Shown: piece by piece, positions 59,369 through 64,000 of the stretch | How the letters are laid out: each line of letters opens with the position of its first letter | Numbering within the stretch: the first letter of the stretch is position 1 | The notes under the pieces: model-generated | What the model saw: the letters and a program-made list of their open reading frames with translations, nothing else | Databases searched by the model: none | Told to the model about the DNA's origin: nothing | Program-made: the position numbers and the translations under genes | IMG/VR virus record: IMGVR_UViG_3300044630_005137 | Coordinates: 42,227-106,226 of that record | Length of the DNA stretch: 64,000 bases | Direction: 5' to 3' (one strand) | Origin: a virus

Positions 59369-60088
59369 CTATAAATATTTATGTGGAGTTGTGTAAAATC
59401 CTTCAGGCAAATCATCTTCCCCAAATATTCCATTTACAGCACTAGACATTTTAATTGAATCTATGCCTTCATATAGCTGATCATTTTTTCTTAATTCCTC
59501 AGCTTCAGGAAGTGATGCAAATCCAGCTACAATATATCTGACTTTATCGCCTCTTACATCTTCTGTATAGTGTGCATATTCTTCCCATCCAGGATGTAAC
59601 AGCAAATCTCCTTTTTGTGGTTTATATTGAAAGCCAATATTTGGATAAGATATTTCACCACCGTCAAAATTGCTTATATAATGAGTAACGCCAAATACGC
59701 ATTTATTGTCCATCCCCATTGATTCCACCAAATTATCTGCATGTAGGAACATAGACTGGCCTTTGGTCATTCTATGAACAGAGTTCATGCTTTCGACCCA
59801 AAGCTCTTGTCTAAAGAGCTCCTGTAGCCTTATACGCATATGTTTTAGCTCTGCGTCCAACTCTTTATCTTCTACAAAGAAGAATTTCCCATGCCACCAT
59901 TCTCGCTTGTTTTTGTCCCACCAAATATCTTCTCCAAAAGATTCTACATGGCTTACAAGCCTATCGCATAGATCATCTGATAACCAGTTTTTTAGTACAA
60001 CAATGTTTTTCTCAATTAGTACCGCATTAGGTTCTTTTTCTAATATTTGAGAAAGTTGTTTCTTAACTATAGATGCATATGGTTCCAT
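59369..60088 (-). CDS. 2OG-Fe(II) oxygenase (leaderless, start MEPY)
   Basis: HAD...NFDGGEI.YP...KPQKGDL..HP...H.......VRY. TTGACT-16-TATAAT ends 6 nt before the ATG. Confidence 0.88.
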   Translation of the reverse strand: MEPYASIVKKQLSQILEKEPNAVLIEKNIVVLKNWLSDDLCDRLVSHVESFGEDIWWDKNKREWWHGKFFFVEDKELDAELKHMRIRLQELFRQELWVESMNSVHRMTKGQSMFLHADNLVESMGMDNKCVFGVTHYISNFDGGEISYPNIGFQYKPQKGDLLLHPGWEEYAHYTEDVRGDKVRYIVAGFASLPEAEELRKNDQLYEGIDSIKMSSAVNGIFGEDDLPEGFYTTPHKYL

Positions 60089-60228
60089 GCTCTTATTATA
60101 CACCGCCCTATATTCTAGTCAACTGCTTTTTAAGATCTATAAAAATGTTAATATATTTTTTACATGTATGATACACAATTTGGGCAAAACGGACATTTCG
60201 GATAGTGCGCCCATGTTTTAGGGTGTTT

Positions 60229-60269
60229 TGTGATGTATCTCACACGATTTTTTTGTGACTTACACCACA
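60229..60269. promoter_or_regulatory. Two CRP/GlxR-like sites (60229-60244 perfect, 60254-60269 one mismatch)
   Basis: TGTGA-tgtatc-TCACA and TGTGA-cttaca-CCACA. Confidence 0.65.
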
Positions 60270-60303
60270 ATGTCCGAATTATACGCATTTTGAATTAGAC
60301 ATT

Positions 60304-60325
60304 TGTCAGACCCCCATGCTATGCT
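60304..60325 (+). promoter_or_regulatory. PafBC/RecA-NDp-type promoter 1
   Basis: TGTCAG-acccccatgc-TATGCT. Confidence 0.7.
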
Positions 60326-60360
60326 TAAGGTATAACAAACAAACGAAAGGTAATCATCTA

Positions 60361-60507
60361 ATGAATACACTAGAACGAATTAGAAAAGAACAACAAGAAC
60401 GCTATGCGATACAGCGTGAAAAGGATAAGGCTAAGATAGAGGCTATGTTTTCTAATAACCCTCGCCCTTTAAATAACGCTTACCTACTAGCGAAAGAGGA
60501 AAACTAG
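60361..60507 (+). CDS. Small early protein (start MNTLER)
   Basis: GAAAGG RBS before the ATG at 60361. Confidence 0.7.
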   Translation: MNTLERIRKEQQERYAIQREKDKAKIEAMFSNNPRPLNNAYLLAKEEN

Positions 60508-60523
60508 TGTGACTAAGGTCACA
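60508..60523. promoter_or_regulatory. CRP/GlxR-like site
   Basis: TGTGA-ctaagg-TCACA. Confidence 0.65.
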
Positions 60524-60562
60524 AAAATACTTTTGCGACACACCCCCCTAACCTCCCCAATT

Positions 60563-60584
60563 TGTCAGACCCCCATGCTACAAT
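60563..60584 (+). promoter_or_regulatory. PafBC/RecA-NDp-type promoter 2
   Basis: TGTCAG-acccccatgc-TACAAT. Confidence 0.72.
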
Positions 60585-60616
60585 TACAACATAACAACAA
60601 CGAAAGGTCAGAATAA

Positions 60617-60730
60617 ATGACACTAGATGAATACAAGCAAATGGTAGAGGCTCAACGCCTTGCCTCCCTCGCAATCGCCCTAGAGGCGCTAACTAAGTCA
60701 AACGCTATTGCTAAGGAGATGAATAAATAA
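60617..60730 (+). CDS. 37-aa early protein
   Basis: MTLDEYKQMVEAQR... GAAAGG RBS and TAATG coupling to the next gene. Confidence 0.65.
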   Translation: MTLDEYKQMVEAQRLASLAIALEALTKSNAIAKEMNK

Positions 60731-60912
60731 TGTCATACGCATACTCATACGAAACTAACTCAATCTCTAAATGGGACACCATTCAAGAAGATGTCGCAGA
60801 CGCATACGCCTACCTTGATGAGGTAGATGAGGAACAACCTCCACTAGATGACTTCAATGATGAAGATACAGATGAACTAGCAAAACTATACGAACTAACT
60901 TGGGAGAACTAA
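60730..60912 (+). CDS. Highly acidic 60-aa early protein
   Basis: AAGGAG RBS. D/E-rich. Confidence 0.7.
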   Translation: MSYAYSYETNSISKWDTIQEDVADAYAYLDEVDEEQPPLDDFNDEDTDELAKLYELTWEN

Positions 60913-60914
60913 TA

Positions 60915-61064
60915 ATGACTATCACTTACTCACTATGGGACGGCGCACAATTCTTGGGTTTCTTTACCGCAACTAGCGCAGACGAAATGAACAAGACAGT
61001 AAAAGATTTACAATCAATCTCTAAAAATGTAGTAGCACACCTACGAAAGGTAGAACAGAACTAA
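60915..61064 (+). CDS. 49-aa early protein
   Basis: MTITYSLWDGAQFLG... GGAG RBS, translationally coupled. Confidence 0.65.
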   Translation: MTITYSLWDGAQFLGFFTATSADEMNKTVKDLQSISKNVVAHLRKVEQN

Positions 61065-61264
61065 TGACTATTGAACTAAATGAATACGGCTTAATGCTTG
61101 ACCTAGGGGACTTCCTCTATCTATCCCTATCATGGGCTTTCCTTATCTTGTTCGCCGTTGTTTTTATCGGTTATAAGATTTATAAGAGAGTGCAAGCGCA
61201 TAGATGGGCATCTCTAATTAAAAATGAACTAGATGAATTACCTAATGATGAATGGGGTATCTAA
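61064..61264 (+). CDS. Small membrane protein
   Basis: One hydrophobic helix. Coupled to its neighbours. Confidence 0.7.
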   Translation: MTIELNEYGLMLDLGDFLYLSLSWAFLILFAVVFIGYKIYKRVQAHRWASLIKNELDELPNDEWGI

Positions 61265-61383
61265 TGAATAGACTACTAACTACTCTAGTGCAATTAGCCC
61301 TTATCGTTCCCGCCCTTATCATGGGGCGCATGATGTGGCGCGAGATCGTAGCCGACTATAGAGAGTGGGCTAACTCACACTAG
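61264..61383 (+). CDS. 39-aa membrane peptide
   Basis: MNRLLTTLVQLALIVPALIMGR...*. TAATG coupling. Confidence 0.6.
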   Translation: MNRLLTTLVQLALIVPALIMGRMMWREIVADYREWANSH

Positions 61384-61385
61384 CC

Positions 61386-61615
61386 TAACGGCGTGTCGGC
61401 TTGACATTGTCTAGCTGGCCCGCAAAAGAGCGGGGTTATCCACAGGGTTACGGGGGTTATCCACAACCCCCAGGTTTTGCAAGCACGACACGCCCGAGAT
61501 CCGTGTGATTTTTATCACATGACTTGAGCGTCTCACATCATGGACTTACTCGCTAGTAAGTATCTTTTTGTCGGTGGTATCGGCTATAATTGCGGTATAA
61601 CGAAAAAGAAAGGTG
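61386..61615 (+). repeat. Intergenic regulatory module copy 1 (2 DnaA boxes, CRP-like site, palindromes, PafBC-type promoter 3, RBS)
   Basis: TTATCCACA at 61436-61444 and 61457-61465. TGTGA-N6-TCACA at 61504-61519. TGTCGG-N10-TATAAT at 61569-61590. Confidence 0.9.
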
Positions 61616-61621
61616 GTCACC

Positions 61622-61798
61622 ATGACTACACTAAACACACTATGCAAGGCGCATGAGCCTCTTGTTTCCGCTATCTCCGAAATTGGAGATGAACAATTTA
61701 CCCTATGCATGATTTGCGATAGCAACATTGAGCGTTATTACTACGATAGCGACCCTGAGCAATTTCCTACATGGACAGATTGGTATGTGACTAAATGA
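61622..61798 (+). CDS. Small Cys/His early protein
   Basis: C..H...C..C. GAAAGG RBS. Confidence 0.7.
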   Translation: MTTLNTLCKAHEPLVSAISEIGDEQFTLCMICDSNIERYYYDSDPEQFPTWTDWYVTK

Positions 61799-61917
61799 GT
61801 ATTTGGACAAGGTTCGCTACTGTAAGCGATTACCCTAAAGGTATGATGAACGAGTGCGTGTGTGGGCAAGTAGTCCTAGCACCTAAGACACGACATGAGA
61901 ATTGCGAGAATAAATAA
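61795..61917 (+). CDS. 40-aa Cys/His early protein
   Basis: MSIWTRF...CVCGQ...H..C. ATGA overlap with the upstream gene. Confidence 0.6.
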   Translation: MSIWTRFATVSDYPKGMMNECVCGQVVLAPKTRHENCENK

Positions 61918-62081
61918 TGAGTACCTATGTACCAATTAAATCCGTATGTGGTGCGGTATCCACCACAATTAAAATGAACGACTATGACTTAAACCCTCAT
62001 GGCGTTATCTGTTGCGATAATTGCGAAAGCATTTTGTTATGCCGTAAGGCGTGGGACTTTCTTTATAAGGGGAATAAATAA
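61917..62081 (+). CDS. 54-aa Cys-rich early protein
   Basis: MSTYVPIKSVCG...CCDNC. TAATG coupling. Confidence 0.6.
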   Translation: MSTYVPIKSVCGAVSTTIKMNDYDLNPHGVICCDNCESILLCRKAWDFLYKGNK

Positions 62082-62221
62082 TGCCAGTTTTTAATTTTGA
62101 TTTATCCGTAACCATTGAGGACGATAATTTTGAGTCTGCCTTATCATGGTTAAAGGTTATTCCATTGGAACGCCTTGATTTTATTGTTGTCGATTATACA
62201 GAATTAGAGGTTAGCGAATGA
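62081..62221 (+). CDS. 46-aa acidic early protein
   Basis: MPVFNFDLSVTIEDDNFE... Coupled on both sides. Confidence 0.6.
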   Translation: MPVFNFDLSVTIEDDNFESALSWLKVIPLERLDFIVVDYTELEVSE

Positions 62222-62412
62222 AATCACAATTTGAGAAAGATTTAGAAATCAAAGAAAGTTTTATTGATTTACTAAATGAAATTTATCCAACTGTAAAAAT
62301 TGGTTATTCAACTTTTACACCCGCCGAAATCTTAGAGTGTTGCGACCCTGTTGCTTTTGCGATTGGTTTAGTAGAGCATGAAGATTATTTAGCAGAAATG
62401 GAAAATGAATAA
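62218..62412 (+). CDS. Small early protein
   Basis: 64-aa ORF, F.DLLNE.YP.V.IG...F.P.EIL...DP.A. Confidence 0.7.
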   Translation: MKSQFEKDLEIKESFIDLLNEIYPTVKIGYSTFTPAEILECCDPVAFAIGLVEHEDYLAEMENE

Positions 62413-62507
62413 TGGATTTTTTTGGATTTGAAAAAGCAATTGAAATTGATCATCTTACCGATGAGCAAATCTTAAAGCTTGAAGAAATTTTTAAAGATTT
62501 CGAATAA
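62412..62507 (+). CDS. 31-aa acidic early peptide
   Basis: MDFFGFEKAIEIDHLTDEQ... TAATG coupling. Confidence 0.55.
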   Translation: MDFFGFEKAIEIDHLTDEQILKLEEIFKDFE

Positions 62508-62508
62508 G

Positions 62509-62730
62509 TAACGGCGTGTCGGCTTGACAAAGCTGATGCGCCCGCAAAAGAGCGGGGTTATCCACAGGGTTACGGAGGTTATCCACAACCCCTGGAATTT
62601 GCGACACGCCCGAGATTTTGTGATTTTTATCACACGACTTGAGCGTCTCATTATTTGGAATTACTGGCTAGTAATTATCTTTTGTCAGTGCTATCCGCTA
62701 TAATTGCTACTATCAACAAACGAAAGGTGA
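62509..62730 (+). repeat. Intergenic regulatory module copy 2 (2 DnaA boxes, CRP-like site, palindromes, PafBC-type promoter 4, RBS)
   Basis: TTATCCACA at 62558-62566 and 62579-62587. TGTGA-N6-TCACA at 62619-62634. TGTCAG-N10-TATAAT at 62683-62704. Confidence 0.9.
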
Positions 62731-62736
62731 CAACTA

Positions 62737-62949
62737 ATGTCAGCAAATGTCTATTCAATAGAAAGCCTACTTATAGGAAAAACTTATCACTCACGCACTT
62801 TAACAGGCGAAATAATTGACGCAGAAAAGTCTGATGTCTTTTATGGCGCAGGTTTGGAAAGTTATCGGGTTCAGGTTCGCCCACACTATCCCTCAGTATT
62901 TAATCTAAAAGATACTTATCGCTATCTATCAGTTAAGGTCAGTGACTAA
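62737..62949 (+). CDS. Small early protein
   Basis: 70 aa with a GAAAGG RBS. Confidence 0.7.
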   Translation: MSANVYSIESLLIGKTYHSRTLTGEIIDAEKSDVFYGAGLESYRVQVRPHYPSVFNLKDTYRYLSVKVSD

Positions 62950-63140
62950 TGATTAAAGAATACATTGACGAAAACGAATTTTATTTTATTAAAGATGAAA
63001 TAAAAATCTGTTGTGATGAACAACAGTTTATCCATGTCTGCAAAGCGCATGGCGAGCAACAAGGTTGCTACTTTTGCGAATTTAACCCTTATGAGAATTG
63101 CGAGTGTGAAGGCTTATTCGATAGCCCCGAAGCCGACTAA
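62949..63140 (+). CDS. Cys-rich acidic early protein
   Basis: CC...C..H....GC.FC......C.C. Confidence 0.7.
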   Translation: MIKEYIDENEFYFIKDEIKICCDEQQFIHVCKAHGEQQGCYFCEFNPYENCECEGLFDSPEAD

Positions 63141-63141
63141 A

Positions 63142-63163
63142 TGTCAGTGGGCTAGGCTATAAT
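63142..63163 (+). promoter_or_regulatory. PafBC/RecA-NDp-type promoter 5
   Basis: TGTCAG-tgggctaggc-TATAAT. Confidence 0.72.
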
Positions 63164-63191
63164 AAGCAATAACAACAACGAAAGGAAAACT

Positions 63192-63317
63192 ATGATTAAC
63201 TCAGTAATGACGATAGATTGTAAAGATTGCCACGGATACGGCATAATCTTTTTTGGTAATGATAATGACTATGATTGCGAGCCATGCGATTGCGTGGAAG
63301 AATTGGAGAACAACTAA
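63192..63317 (+). CDS. 41-aa Zn-finger-like early protein
   Basis: C..C.G.G...C.PC.C. GAAAGG RBS. Confidence 0.65.
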   Translation: MINSVMTIDCKDCHGYGIIFFGNDNDYDCEPCDCVEELENN

Positions 63318-63523
63318 TGTATAAACTAACTTGCGCTTATGACTCAAATGCTCCGCATTGGTCAGCGGAATACGAAAACGAATTTGGTGCGTGGGAAAAC
63401 TTTTTCCTATTTACCGATTGGGGATTTGCTGATGAATACGCAACTGTAAATCTTTACACGCCAACAGGCAAATGCCACACAAAAATTTTTTACCGAGAAG
63501 GTCGAAAGGTCGTAATTAAATGA
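63317..63523 (+). CDS. Small early protein (start MYKLT)
   Basis: GGAG RBS and TAATG coupling. Confidence 0.7.
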   Translation: MYKLTCAYDSNAPHWSAEYENEFGAWENFFLFTDWGFADEYATVNLYTPTGKCHTKIFYREGRKVVIK

Positions 63524-63678
63524 AAACTTTTGAATTCCTAACCTACATAAATGTAGAAGCAGAAAACTATGATGAGGCTATTGATGTATTTCAATTTCAA
63601 TTAAAATACGGAATAAATAAAAATAATGTCTATGTCGCAGACATAACAGATTTAACTATCGAAAGCGTAGAGGTATAA
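63520..63678 (+). CDS. 52-aa early protein
   Basis: MKTFEFLTYINVEAENYDEA... ATGA overlap. Confidence 0.6.
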   Translation: MKTFEFLTYINVEAENYDEAIDVFQFQLKYGINKNNVYVADITDLTIESVEV

Positions 63679-63680
63679 AA

Positions 63681-63872
63681 ATGATGACACGAAAAGATTA
63701 TGTCGCTACCGCAGAAATTCTAAAGTATGCTAGCGATAAAACTCACCCTGCTGTATTTTCTAAAATGGTAAATGATTTCGCTGAAATGTTTGCGAAAGAT
63801 AATGAGCGATTTGATGTAAAGCGATTTCATGAAGCGAGTGGGTATCATGTCCCAAAATTCACTTCGAGATAA
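63681..63872 (+). CDS. Small early protein
   Basis: MTRKDY...A.IL...F..DN.RFD..RF..A pattern. Confidence 0.7.
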   Translation: MMTRKDYVATAEILKYASDKTHPAVFSKMVNDFAEMFAKDNERFDVKRFHEASGYHVPKFTSR

Positions 63873-63978
63873 GGTAAAGCGAATTCAGGAATTGCGTCGC
63901 AGTAATGCGGCGCAACCTGTTCGCAATAAGAAAAAATATTTTAGAAAGATCAAACATAAAAATAAAATTGCAGAGTAA
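63847..63978 (+). CDS. 43-aa basic early peptide (ELRRSNAA)
   Basis: MSQNSLRDKVKRIQELRRSNAAQPVRNKKKYFRKIKHKNKIAE*. The start codon is uncertain. Confidence 0.5.
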   Translation: MSQNSLRDKVKRIQELRRSNAAQPVRNKKKYFRKIKHKNKIAE

Positions 63979-64000
63979 TGCATAGTTATGCAGCCCGCAA

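Noticed and set aside
61401-61406. TTGACA in the repeat modules as a -35 element
   Set aside because: No -10 hexamer at 16-18 nt in either copy.
61386-62730. Repeats as a CRISPR array, IS ends or attachment sites
   Set aside because: The copies are diverged ~230-bp promoter modules separated by operons. No transposase or integrase is present.
1-64000. Stop-codon reassignment
   Set aside because: Long intact ORFs under the standard code, with TAA, TAG and TGA all used at tightly coupled gene ends.

Overview
The window is about 64 kb of an AT-rich, tailed siphovirus-like phage genome. The host is most likely an actinobacterium, judged from the cis-elements and the holin style. Positions 1-55.5 kb lie on the minus strand. 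Read right to left they encode a class II ribonucleotide reductase, a holin, a block of fibre/appendage proteins, a cluster of 2OG-Fe(II) oxygenases, a LamG protein, then portal, prohead protease, major capsid, head-tail proteins, major tail and a tail chaperone with a -1 slippery site. They continue with a 3890-aa tape measure protein carrying apparent cargo domains, tail-tip proteins, two large fibres and a truncated metallophosphoesterase. Positions 55.7-60.1 kb hold a lytic transglycosylase, small genes, three more 2OG oxygenases, a parS palindrome and tRNA-Ile(UAU). Positions 60.2-64 kb are a plus-strand array of tiny, probably early genes. Three candidate systems stand out. (1) The early region is wired with host-factor sites: five promoters fit the actinobacterial PafBC/RecA-NDp motif TGTCRG-N10-TAnnnT, five sites fit CRP/GlxR TGTGA-N6-TCACA, and two copies of a ~230-bp module each carry two perfect DnaA boxes 21 bp apart, with parS nearby. 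(2) Ten 2OG-Fe(II) hydroxylase-like genes co-occur with two virion proteins bearing long (PPFF/PPHF)n tracts, which suggests post-translational modification of virion fibres. (3) The tape measure protein is divided by repeated [FY]xxGG motifs into peptidase, LysM, kinase-like, nuclease-like and ART-like modules. All family assignments come from motif reading by eye, with no database searches.
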